Assembly: GCA_045641465.1 (NCBI GenBank)
Contig: JAZUGW010000118.1
Coordinates: 1-61,423, forward strand
DNA length: 61,423 nucleotides
Origin: Kiritimatiellia bacterium
GTDB lineage: Bacteria; Verrucomicrobiota; Kiritimatiellia; RFP12; UBA1067
Reading direction: 5' to 3'
Made by a program: the position numbers and the translations under genes. The notes beneath the pieces are model-generated. The model was not told where the DNA came from. It made no database searches and worked only from the letters and a program-made list of their open reading frames with translations. Below are positions 16,153 through 24,352 of this stretch, piece by piece (positions within the stretch are counted from its first letter, which is position 1; each line of letters opens with the position of its first letter).

Positions 16153-16229
16153 TTCCCATTCTTCATTTTTCATTCGAAAAGGCGACCTGCATTTTCCATT
16201 TTCCATTCTTCATTCTTCATTCGAAAAGG
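16143..16229. repeat. Heptanucleotide array E: two 40-nt blocks, (CATTYTY)x4-CATTCGAAAAGG, spaced 47 nt apart
   Basis: 16143..16182: cattctc catttcc cattctt cattttt cattcga aaagg. 16190..16229: cattttc cattttc cattctt cattctt cattcga aaagg. Block 2 encodes the trmD C-terminus and block 1 overlaps the start of the next gene. Confidence 0.85.
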
Positions 16230-16908
16230 TTCCGCCCTTTTCCAGCAGATCGGGACGGCGCCGACTCGTCAGGTCGAACGCCTGACGGCGACGCCAGCCT
16301 TCCACTTTCGCATGGTCGCCATTGAGAAGTATTTCCGGCACTTCCATGCCGCGATAGACGGGCGGACGCGTATACTGCGGCGCTTCCAGCAGGCCTTCGT
16401 CGCCGAAGGACTCATGCGCCGTTGCCGCCGTCCCGCCGCCCAGGACGCCCGGCAGCAGCCGCACCGTCGAATCGATCATCGCCGCCACGGGAATCTCGCC
16501 GCCTGTCAGCACGAAATCGCCGATCGAGACTTCATCCGTGACGAGCCGCCGCACCCGCTCGTCGAAGCCCTCGTAGTGCCCGCACAGGAAAATCAGATGC
16601 TCGCACGCGGAAAACGCCTCCGCCGTACGCTGCGTATAGGGCGTACCGGTGGGCGTGGTGAGCACAACGCGCGCACCCGGCGTGAGACAGGTTTCGATCG
16701 CCTCGTACCACACCTCGGGTTTCATCAGCATCCCGGGGCCGCCCGAATAAGGCCGATCGTCGATCGTACGGCGCAGATCGTGCGAGAAGTCGCGCAAGTC
16801 GACCGTACGAATAAAAACCTTTCCCGCACGTGCCGCACGGGAAAGGATACTCTCACCCAGAAACCCCCGAAACATTTCAGGGAAGACGGTGATGATGTCA
16901 ATCCGCAT
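16210..16908 (-). CDS. trmD: tRNA (guanine37-N1)-methyltransferase
   Basis: MRIDIITVFPEMFRGFL...IDDRPYSGGPGMLMKPE...LFLCGHYEGFDERV...SIGDFVLTGGE are typical TrmD motifs. The ATG overlaps the rplS stop (TAATG). Confidence 0.95.
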   Translation of the reverse strand: MRIDIITVFPEMFRGFLGESILSRAARAGKVFIRTVDLRDFSHDLRRTIDDRPYSGGPGMLMKPEVWYEAIETCLTPGARVVLTTPTGTPYTQRTAEAFSACEHLIFLCGHYEGFDERVRRLVTDEVSIGDFVLTGGEIPVAAMIDSTVRLLPGVLGGGTAATAHESFGDEGLLEAPQYTRPPVYRGMEVPEILLNGDHAKVEGWRRRQAFDLTSRRRPDLLEKGGTFSNEE

Positions 16909-17276
16909 TATTTCTTTACGAGCTTACGGACCGCCTTGTGGCTGCAGAACGTACGCTCCGTGTAGAGCTTGCTGCGCCAGGACGGGTTCTTCTTCACCAC
17001 GACGATCTTCTCGACCGCCGGGCTGTTGAACGGGAAGAGCTTCTCAACGCGCACACCGTAGCTGTCGCGGGAAACCGTGAAGTTGCCCGACGCATTCGTA
17101 CGGCCGTTGTCGATCGCAAGCACCTTGCCCTCGAAGTCCTGAAGACGCGTCTTGTCGCCTTCCTTGATGCGCACCGAAACGCGCACCGTATCGCCGGAAT
17201 GGAATTCCGGGAAGTTCTTCGCCGCGAGACCAGCCGTCTGTTCGGCGTTGATCTTATCAAGAATTGCAATACCCAT
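16908..17276 (-). CDS. rplS: 50S ribosomal protein L19
   Basis: FPEFHSGDTVRVSVRIKEGDKTRLQDFEGKVLAIDNG...FTVSRDSYGVRVEKLFPFNSPAVEKIVV is typical bL19. Confidence 0.95.
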   Translation of the reverse strand: MGIAILDKINAEQTAGLAAKNFPEFHSGDTVRVSVRIKEGDKTRLQDFEGKVLAIDNGRTNASGNFTVSRDSYGVRVEKLFPFNSPAVEKIVVVKKNPSWRSKLYTERTFCSHKAVRKLVKK

Positions 17277-17287
17277 GGTCTACCTCC

Positions 17288-17578
17288 TTAGGCCTTCTTC
17301 TCGGCCTTCTTCGCCTTCGTCGCGTGGTGCGGCTTCAGCTGCGGATTACGGGCACGACGAATCAACGTCGCAACCGTCGCGGAGGGCTTGGCACCATGCT
17401 TCAGCCAGTCATCAACACGCTCGAGATCCAACTTGAAGTTGTCTTCCTTCATAGCCGTATCATACCAGCCCAGGATCTCCAGGAACTTGCCGTCACGGGG
17501 CGAACGCTCGTCCGCCGCGACGATACGATAGGTCGCGTGGTTCTTGCAACCTGTACGACGCATTCTGATTTTAACCAT
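17288..17578 (-). CDS. rpsP: 30S ribosomal protein S16
   Basis: MVKIRMRRTGCKNHATYRIVAADERSPRDGKFLEILGWYD is typical bS16. Confidence 0.95.
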   Translation of the reverse strand: MVKIRMRRTGCKNHATYRIVAADERSPRDGKFLEILGWYDTAMKEDNFKLDLERVDDWLKHGAKPSATVATLIRRARNPQLKPHHATKAKKAEKKA

Positions 17579-17614
17579 CTTTAATTAACCTCGTTTCGTT
17601 GAAAACGGAGGGAA

Positions 17615-17643
17615 AGTATATCACTTTTGCGGATTGATTGCAA
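17615..17643 (-). promoter_or_regulatory. Sigma70-type promoter for rpsP-rplS-trmD
   Basis: Minus strand: TTGCAA (17643..17638), 17-nt spacer, TATACT (17620..17615). An A/T-rich UP-like tract lies upstream. Confidence 0.55.
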
Positions 17644-17667
17644 GTGGAAAAAACATAAACGCAAATT

Positions 17668-18120
17668 TTAATTTTCGGCCGTTTCTTTCTTCCGCGGCAA
17701 GAACCGCTTCGCGAGCTCGTTCACGCCCGTGTGGTGCCAGGCGTCGAGCGTGACGCGGCGGCCGTCTTTGGCGTGCAGCACGAGGATGCCTTTCTTGCGC
17801 CAGCGCGAGTCGTCCACCTTCTCGACATCGGCAAAGAGAAGCGGCGTGTTGAGCGTTTTGGTGCCCCACATCTTCTCGTCGTCCCATTCGAGCGTCGCCT
17901 TCGCATTGAGCCACACGCGGAACCCGATGACAATGGCCGCCAGCGCCAACAGCGCCGCGAAGCTGTACTGGAATTCAACTGTGGTGTGGTGCGTTCCGTC
18001 GTTCGGCAGGTTCGGATAGACGAACACTGCGTCATAGAGGAACCAGCACGCCAGGCCGGAGAAAAGTCCTGTCACGCCGAGATGGCGCATGGCATATTCA
18101 CGATTGAGGGCAATCTTCAT
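17668..18120 (-). CDS. Hypothetical membrane protein: two TM helices plus a small C-terminal soluble domain (possibly bacterial PH-like)
   Basis: ATG at 18120 (MKIALNREYAMRHLGVTGLFSGLACWFLYDAVF...) lies 1 nt after the upstream stop. The ORF-track extension to 18357 overlaps the KamA gene and was discarded. Confidence 0.65.
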   Translation of the reverse strand: MKIALNREYAMRHLGVTGLFSGLACWFLYDAVFVYPNLPNDGTHHTTVEFQYSFAALLALAAIVIGFRVWLNAKATLEWDDEKMWGTKTLNTPLLFADVEKVDDSRWRKKGILVLHAKDGRRVTLDAWHHTGVNELAKRFLPRKKETAEN

Positions 18121-18121
18121 T

Positions 18122-19030
18122 TTACAACTCGCTGATGGGGGTCTTGCGCACCGCGCCGGGAATATCCGCCACGAACCGCGGCAGACCGAGACCGCCAATG
18201 CGCGCCGCGCATTCGCGTTCAATCTCCTGCGCCTTTTCAAGCGGCACGCGGAAATGGGCGATGCCGGCGACCGGATCGCATTGAAACACATAGTAGGGAC
18301 GCACCCGCGCGCGCTGCAGCGCACGAAAGAGGTCGAGCAGCTCATCCGCCGAATCATTGACCCCGGCCATCAAGACCGTCTGGCAGGAGACAGGAATGCC
18401 GGCCCGCACGAGATTCGTACACGCTTCGACGGCTTCGGGCGTCACTTCACCCGCACAGTTGAACTGGGTATTCACCCACACTTTTCCGCTGCGGCCAAGC
18501 AATGCCGCGAATTCACGCGTCACCCGCGTCGGATTCACACACGGCGCCCGCGTGCAGAGCCGCACGACGTCGACCTGCGGCAACCCCGCGAAGGCACGCA
18601 CGAAGCGCATCACTTCGTCATCGGGCAGCACGAGCGGATCCCCGCCCGAAATGAGCACATCGCGCACGAGCGGATGGTCCTGCACATAGGCGATGCAGCT
18701 CTGCAGCTCTTCGTCCGTCCGCACGATCTCGGCCTGGCGCAACAGCCCCTTGCGCGTGCAATGGCGGCAGTTCATGAAGCAGCTGTCGCTCGCCATGATG
18801 AGCACGCGGTCGGGGAAGCGCTGTTTCAGGCCGTAGCAGCCGGCGGCCTCCTCTTCCTCGCCGAACGGATCCGGACCATACTCGTCCTCCTCCAGTTCGC
18901 GCGGATCGGGATACACCTGCTTCGCGAATGCCGGGCACTTCGCCGCCAACGCCTCCGAATAGGCATTGGCGTAGTAGGGATATTTCTGGTTCTCGAAGCT
19001 TTTCACCGGATCCTTTGTTGCCGTTGACAA
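18122..19030 (-). CDS. KamA-family radical SAM aminomutase, short EpmB-like form that ends just after the PLP-lysine region
   Basis: CFMNCRHCTRK (CxxxCxxC), LISGGDPLVL, VLMAGVNDS, RPYYVFQCDPVAGIAHFRV and a C-terminal PGAVRKTPI. The start appears to be a TTG at 19030, directly abutting the ligase stop. Confidence 0.82.
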   Translation of the reverse strand: MSTATKDPVKSFENQKYPYYANAYSEALAAKCPAFAKQVYPDPRELEEDEYGPDPFGEEEEAAGCYGLKQRFPDRVLIMASDSCFMNCRHCTRKGLLRQAEIVRTDEELQSCIAYVQDHPLVRDVLISGGDPLVLPDDEVMRFVRAFAGLPQVDVVRLCTRAPCVNPTRVTREFAALLGRSGKVWVNTQFNCAGEVTPEAVEACTNLVRAGIPVSCQTVLMAGVNDSADELLDLFRALQRARVRPYYVFQCDPVAGIAHFRVPLEKAQEIERECAARIGGLGLPRFVADIPGAVRKTPISEL

Positions 19031-20662
19031 TCAGAGGCCGTTCTGCTGCGCCACAAGCGCAGAGGCCCCGTACATCTTACGCAGTTTCGGCTTCTCGATC
19101 TTGCCGGTGGGATTGCGCGGCACCGACGCGAAGATGATCTTGCGCGGCCGCTTATAGCGCGGCAGGTCGAGGCAGAACTGGTTCACTTCGTCTTCCGTGA
19201 GCGTTTCGCCCGGCTTGACCTCGATGATCGCCGCGGCGATTTCACCCAGACGCTGATCGGCCAGCCCGATCACCGCGACGTCTTTGATCTTGCGGTTGGC
19301 ACGCAGGAAGTCTTCGATCTGCACGGGATAGAGGTTTTCACCGCCCGTGATGATCACGTCCTTCGCACGGTCCACCAGGTAGATGAACCCGTCCCGAAGT
19401 TCCGCCATGTCGCCCGTGCGCAGCCAGCCGTCTTCGGAGAGGATCTCCTTCGTCGCCTCGGGGTTCTTGTAGTATTCGCGCAGCACGCCCGGACCCTTCA
19501 GCGCGAGTTCGCCGACTTCGCCCGGCGTCACTTCGGTTCCGTCGGGATTGATGATCTTCGTCTGCCAGCCATAGCCGGCGACGCCGATCGCGCCCACATG
19601 GTCGATGTTCTCGATGCCCAGATGCACAGCGCCGGGTCCCGTCGATTCCGAGAGCCCGTAGTTCGTATCGTAGTCGTGCTTCGGGAAGATCGTCTTCCAC
19701 CGCTTGATCAGCGCCGGCGGCACCGGCTGCGCGCCGATGTGCATGAGGCGCCACTGGCTGAGCTGATAGTCCGCCAGCTTCACGTCGCCGCGGTCGATCG
19801 CATCCAGAATATCCTGCGCCCACGGCACAAGCAGCCACACGATCGTGCACCGCTCCTCGCTCACGGCACGGAGAATCCACTCGGGCTTCACACCCTTCAG
19901 CAACACGGCCTTGCCGCCGACGAGGAAACTGCCGAACCAGTGCATCTTCGCACCCGTGTGATAGAGCGGCGGGATGCAGAGGAAGCAATCGTCCTTTGTC
20001 TGGCCATGGTGGTTCTGCTCCACCCGGCAGGCATGCATCAGGCAATGATGCTGCAGCACGATGGCCTTGGGGAAGCCCGTCGTGCCGGAACTGAAATAGA
20101 TCGCGGCATTGTCGTCGTCCGACAACGGCACCGCCGGCGTCCGGCTCGAGCAATAGCCCGCAGCCTGATACGGCTCCGCGAATGTCGGACAGTCATCGCC
20201 CACATAGAAGCGCGCTTTGACGCGCGGAATGCGGTCGATGACCTGCTCGACACGACCGGTAAACTCGGGTCCGAACACCAGCACATCCGCGTCCGCCAGC
20301 TCAAGACAGTACTTGATTTCGTCCGCCGTGTAACGGAAATTCAACGGCACCGCCAGACACCCCGCGCGCAACGTGCCGAAATAGATCGGCAGCCACTCGA
20401 GACAGTTCATCAGGAGAATCGCAACCTTGTCACCCTTTTTGAAACCACGGCTGAGAAGCAGGTTCGCAAAGCGGTTCGCCTTCTCCTCGAACTGCGCCCA
20501 GGTGATCTCGCTGCGAAACGCCTCGCGCGCGCTCGGCTCGATGAGCGCGTACTCGCGCCAGGTCGCATGGCGGTTCTCAAGTTCCTGCGGATTGATTTCG
20601 ACGAGCGCGACATCATTCGGCCACTCGCGGGCGTTGCGCGCCAGAATCTCTGTGATTTGCAT
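19031..20662 (-). CDS. Adenylate-forming (ANL superfamily) acyl-CoA synthetase/ligase
   Basis: 543 aa; AMP-binding motif IYFSSGTTGFPKAIV, YGLSEST, LRTGDMA and the conserved C-terminal K (PRNPTGKIEK). Confidence 0.9.
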   Translation of the reverse strand: MQITEILARNAREWPNDVALVEINPQELENRHATWREYALIEPSAREAFRSEITWAQFEEKANRFANLLLSRGFKKGDKVAILLMNCLEWLPIYFGTLRAGCLAVPLNFRYTADEIKYCLELADADVLVFGPEFTGRVEQVIDRIPRVKARFYVGDDCPTFAEPYQAAGYCSSRTPAVPLSDDDNAAIYFSSGTTGFPKAIVLQHHCLMHACRVEQNHHGQTKDDCFLCIPPLYHTGAKMHWFGSFLVGGKAVLLKGVKPEWILRAVSEERCTIVWLLVPWAQDILDAIDRGDVKLADYQLSQWRLMHIGAQPVPPALIKRWKTIFPKHDYDTNYGLSESTGPGAVHLGIENIDHVGAIGVAGYGWQTKIINPDGTEVTPGEVGELALKGPGVLREYYKNPEATKEILSEDGWLRTGDMAELRDGFIYLVDRAKDVIITGGENLYPVQIEDFLRANRKIKDVAVIGLADQRLGEIAAAIIEVKPGETLTEDEVNQFCLDLPRYKRPRKIIFASVPRNPTGKIEKPKLRKMYGASALVAQQNGL

Positions 20663-20719
20663 ATTGGTCTTGTCTACTGAGTTTGAATTGCGAACGGGGA
20701 TGTCTATAAGTCAAATGAC

Positions 20720-22081
20720 TTACCAGCCCGTACGATACGTGCGGCGCAGCAGCTTCTGCGCGGTCGTGTTGTTCTTCACGGTCAGCGAAGCCGCGTCCCA
20801 GACGAGCTTCTCGGCGGGGCAGCGAATCGCCACCGTGCCGAGGATGATGGCTTCCGCCATCGGACCCGCCTTCTGGAACGTGGATGCGCAGGGAATGCCG
20901 CTCATGCACGCGTTCGCGAAATTGTGGTAGTGGTTCTCATACGGCATCTTGCGATGCTTGCGCACCACGTTGCCCTTCGTGATCAGCACGGGCATCTTCG
21001 TGTGCTGCATCACGAGCGCACCGTCCGTGCCCACCACGACGCACGCCTCTTCCGGCACCGTGCGGTAGCCGCACGCGCGCGCAATGGCCTGCGCCTCTTC
21101 CGGCGGATAGAACTCGCCGTCGAACCATTCCATCGTAAAGGGCTTGCCGCCGGTCGCCGGCACGCCGTCGAACTCCCACGTGATGTGGTTCGACTGCGGC
21201 CACACGTCGGCCCGACGCACGGGCGAGTTCTTCCAGCTCTCCTGCACCTGCGCATACACCGTCTTCGGCGCCGTCGACCCGAGGTTCATGCCTTTCCACA
21301 CGGCGTCGAAGATGTGGCAGCCGATGTCGCCGCTCCAGCCCGTGCCGAAGTCAAGCCACGACCGCCACTTCATCGTGTGGTAGATACCCGGCGCGAACGG
21401 ACGCTCCGGCGCCGTTCCCAGCCAGAGGTTCCACGCGAGCGTCGCCGGCGGCGGCGTCCCGGCAGCCGGACGCGGACCCAGCAGGCGGTAGAACTGCGCA
21501 CCCGTACGGTTCGAGCACAGGTAGACGCGCTGAATGGTGCCGATCGCACCGGTGCGAAGGTACTCCACCGTCAAACGGTCGCCGCCGCCCGCCGCATGCT
21601 GCGTGCCCAGCTGCGTCATCACGTTGAACTTCGCCGCCGCCAGTTCCACGTCACGGCACTCGGCCACGTCGTGGCAAAGCGGCTTCTGGCAATACACGTG
21701 CTTGCCCTTCGCCATCGCCGTCATCGCAATGATCGCATGCTGGTGGTCCGGCACGGCGATGTTGATCGAATCGATGTCCTCCTTCTCCAGGAGCTCGCGC
21801 CAGTCGCGGTACTTGCGCGCCGTCGGCACCATCGCCGCCGCGCGGTTGAGATTGTTTTCGTCCACGTCGCACACCGCGCAGATCTCGACTTTCGGATGCG
21901 AACGGAACTGCCCGAAATCATGGAATCCCATGCCACCCACGCCAATGCAGGCATGGCGAAGCTTGTCGTTCGGACCGAACGTCAAGCGACGAGACGGCGC
22001 GTTGCCCGCGCCAAACAGACTCGCACCGGCGCACGCGCCAGCGGCCAACAAAAAGGAACGACGATTGATTTGCGTATTCAT
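20720..22081 (-). CDS. Gfo/Idh/MocA-family oxidoreductase with a twin-arginine signal
   Basis: MNTQINRRSFLLAAGACAGASLFG is a Tat motif. Rossmann segment LRHACIGVGGMGFHDF...VAVPDHQHA...GKHVYCQKPL. Confidence 0.9.
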   Translation of the reverse strand: MNTQINRRSFLLAAGACAGASLFGAGNAPSRRLTFGPNDKLRHACIGVGGMGFHDFGQFRSHPKVEICAVCDVDENNLNRAAAMVPTARKYRDWRELLEKEDIDSINIAVPDHQHAIIAMTAMAKGKHVYCQKPLCHDVAECRDVELAAAKFNVMTQLGTQHAAGGGDRLTVEYLRTGAIGTIQRVYLCSNRTGAQFYRLLGPRPAAGTPPPATLAWNLWLGTAPERPFAPGIYHTMKWRSWLDFGTGWSGDIGCHIFDAVWKGMNLGSTAPKTVYAQVQESWKNSPVRRADVWPQSNHITWEFDGVPATGGKPFTMEWFDGEFYPPEEAQAIARACGYRTVPEEACVVVGTDGALVMQHTKMPVLITKGNVVRKHRKMPYENHYHNFANACMSGIPCASTFQKAGPMAEAIILGTVAIRCPAEKLVWDAASLTVKNNTTAQKLLRRTYRTGW

Positions 22082-22116
22082 GATTCGTATTATAGCATAA
22101 ATTCAGAATACGAATC
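22082..22116 (-). promoter_or_regulatory. Extended -10 promoter bracketed by a perfect 9-bp inverted repeat (candidate operator), placed for a leaderless transcript
   Basis: Minus strand TGCTATAAT (22097..22089) sits 7 nt before the ATG (22081). Arms GATTCGTAT (22082..22090) and ATACGAATC (22108..22116) are separated by a 17-nt spacer. No SD is visible. Confidence 0.45.
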
Positions 22117-22308
22117 ACTTGAAATTTGATAATCAAGTAATCAGCCCGCGCGCGTCGACCGACTTGGTGAGCAGGTTCTCAATGACCCGTGTCGCCCCTT
22201 GCTCATCATTCAAAAACGCCCCGACAGATCATCGACAAGTTCCGCACGGTGAAGATGGTCGACGTCGTCATGCCGACGACCGACGGGCGGATCATCTTCA
22301 AAGTCGGT

Positions 22309-24327
22309 TTACTTTGACTTGTTTACACGAACGACTTTCGAGGCGAGCGGCGGCAGATCGAGGACCTGCGTGTCGTTCTCGGCCGTGAACGTGACCTTGA
22401 AACGTTTCGCCCCCTGGGACACGTTTTCGTTCACAAGGAAGTACGTGGACCCCGTGTCCGTCTCGCGCCGCAGCACCCGCACCATCTTCGCCCCGTCGCC
22501 CACAATCTCGATCGTGGGCTTCACGCCCAGCGCCCTCAACTGCGGGAACGGATCTGGATGGGCCACCGGCGGCAACGCGATCGCCCGCGGATTGCCGCCG
22601 TCAAAAATCGCCTTCGCGAGCGCGACTACCTCGGTATCGGTGCGGCCGATCGTCGCACTGTGCGTGGGCCGGTATGCGTGACTCAAGACGATGCCGCCCT
22701 GGTCAAGAAACTCCTTCGCCTTCTCGAGCAGCGCATACGGCATCACGTCCAGCCCCGGCAACATCAACACAGGATAGTCCTCGTGGCCGATGCGCAACTG
22801 GCGGTCGTGGATCGTCGCCTTCGCCAACAGTTCCTGGTTGATCCAGTCGCAATCGTAGTGCGCATCCTGAATCAGCGTGGTCATCGCCTCCACCTCGGCG
22901 GCCTTGCCGAGCATGAAGTCGAGCCCCACGTGCACGAATGCGATCTGCGCCGAATGGCGGCCTTCCGTCGTCGCCGCCGCCACCTCCTTCACATGCTTCG
23001 CCCAAGCAGGATAGATCTTCGGCCAATCGCCTTCGTTGTAGTACGGACCATACCACTTGATGTCATGGCCTACGCGGGTCGTGTACGCATGCGGAATCAG
23101 CACATTCACGCCACGCACGAGATGGTGGTCCGCCAGTGCGAACATGTTCGTCGCGTTCAACTTGGTGCCATACGCGCCGAAGATCTCGCACATCGCGCGG
23201 TCGCCCGGCTTCTCGTAGGTGTGCGCGATCGAACTCACGATCTTAGGCATCTGGTAGTGTTCCCAGCGGGCGCGTTCGCCCGGGAAGAGCTGTCCGCACA
23301 CGAGATCGACGCCCGGCACATCCTGGTACTTCAAGAGCTGCATCACGTTGCCGCAGCAATGTTCGTAGCCGTAGAACCAACGCCGTACCGGCGCATGCTC
23401 CATGAAGTGGCCCGTGAAAAACACACCGTGCGCCTGACACCACTGGGAGATGCGTCCGTACATCACACATCCCCACGTCTCCACCCGCGCATCCATAAAC
23501 GCGTGACGATATGCCGCCTCCTCACCGCCTGCGAGTTTGAGTTTCATCGCGACCAGCGCCTTCACGCGATCCACCCCGCGGCGCTCGAGTTCCGCAGCGA
23601 GCGCCGGACCCCAATCGCCGTGCGTTTCGGGTTCATCGAAGAAGAAACCCACGATGGTGCCGTCGTCGAAGTAGGGACGCATCTCGCGATAGTGCCGCGA
23701 ATAGACGTAGTCGATGAACCAGTCGACCGCCGCCTCGGAAAGACCGTCCACCGAAAACTGCTCGCGCGGAAAACCGTTGATCAACCGTCCCTTCGGCACC
23801 GCGCGGAAGCGATAGCATTTCTGCCCGGGTACGGATCGCTTCCACACGCCCTTCACTTCACGCAGCGTCTCCGGCAGGAATCCCTGCTCGGTCCAGGTGC
23901 CTTCGACGGCGAGGACGAATTCATCAAGGCACTCCGCCTCGACGTCCTGTCCGTCCACCATCTCCTCGGTCTGCAACATACGCGCCGCGAAGGCGACGGG
24001 GACGCGTCCCTTCATCATCTGGCTCGGGAACCACGGGTCGTCGAAAAGGACCACCTTGAGGTTGCGCTTCTTCGCCTCGTCGCAGATGATGTTCAGATCG
24101 CGCCACCACATCGGACCATACCAATCCGCGTGGTGACGGCTTTCCGCCGTGAGCATCTGGTTCCCGCCGTCGGCGATTTCATTCACCGTTTGGCGCAGCA
24201 CCGCCTCGGTCTCCGTGCCGAAGAGGAACATCAGCGGACCTACCGCCGGCGCCAGCACGGGTGGCGGAACCGCCTCCGCCCCCGCAACTGCAAACAACGT
24301 CACCAAGAGAGATAATGCATTCTTCAT
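22309..24327 (-). CDS. Secreted putative glycoside hydrolase (family not assignable by eye)
   Basis: ATG at 24327 gives signal peptide MKNALSLLVTLFAVAGAEA. It is about 670 aa and sits in a carbohydrate-enzyme context. The functional call is weak. Confidence 0.7.
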   Translation of the reverse strand: MKNALSLLVTLFAVAGAEAVPPPVLAPAVGPLMFLFGTETEAVLRQTVNEIADGGNQMLTAESRHHADWYGPMWWRDLNIICDEAKKRNLKVVLFDDPWFPSQMMKGRVPVAFAARMLQTEEMVDGQDVEAECLDEFVLAVEGTWTEQGFLPETLREVKGVWKRSVPGQKCYRFRAVPKGRLINGFPREQFSVDGLSEAAVDWFIDYVYSRHYREMRPYFDDGTIVGFFFDEPETHGDWGPALAAELERRGVDRVKALVAMKLKLAGGEEAAYRHAFMDARVETWGCVMYGRISQWCQAHGVFFTGHFMEHAPVRRWFYGYEHCCGNVMQLLKYQDVPGVDLVCGQLFPGERARWEHYQMPKIVSSIAHTYEKPGDRAMCEIFGAYGTKLNATNMFALADHHLVRGVNVLIPHAYTTRVGHDIKWYGPYYNEGDWPKIYPAWAKHVKEVAAATTEGRHSAQIAFVHVGLDFMLGKAAEVEAMTTLIQDAHYDCDWINQELLAKATIHDRQLRIGHEDYPVLMLPGLDVMPYALLEKAKEFLDQGGIVLSHAYRPTHSATIGRTDTEVVALAKAIFDGGNPRAIALPPVAHPDPFPQLRALGVKPTIEIVGDGAKMVRVLRRETDTGSTYFLVNENVSQGAKRFKVTFTAENDTQVLDLPPLASKVVRVNKSK

Positions 24328-24352
24328 AGGTTCTCCATTTCTCCTGTACATA

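Noticed and set aside
22119-22388. 89-aa plus-strand ORF spanning the intergenic region into the GH-like gene
   Set aside because: The product is Arg/Asp/His-rich and compositionally odd, and it overlaps the 3' end of a well-supported minus-strand gene. Only a different frame of this region shows the faint transposase-like tail reported as a low-interest finding.
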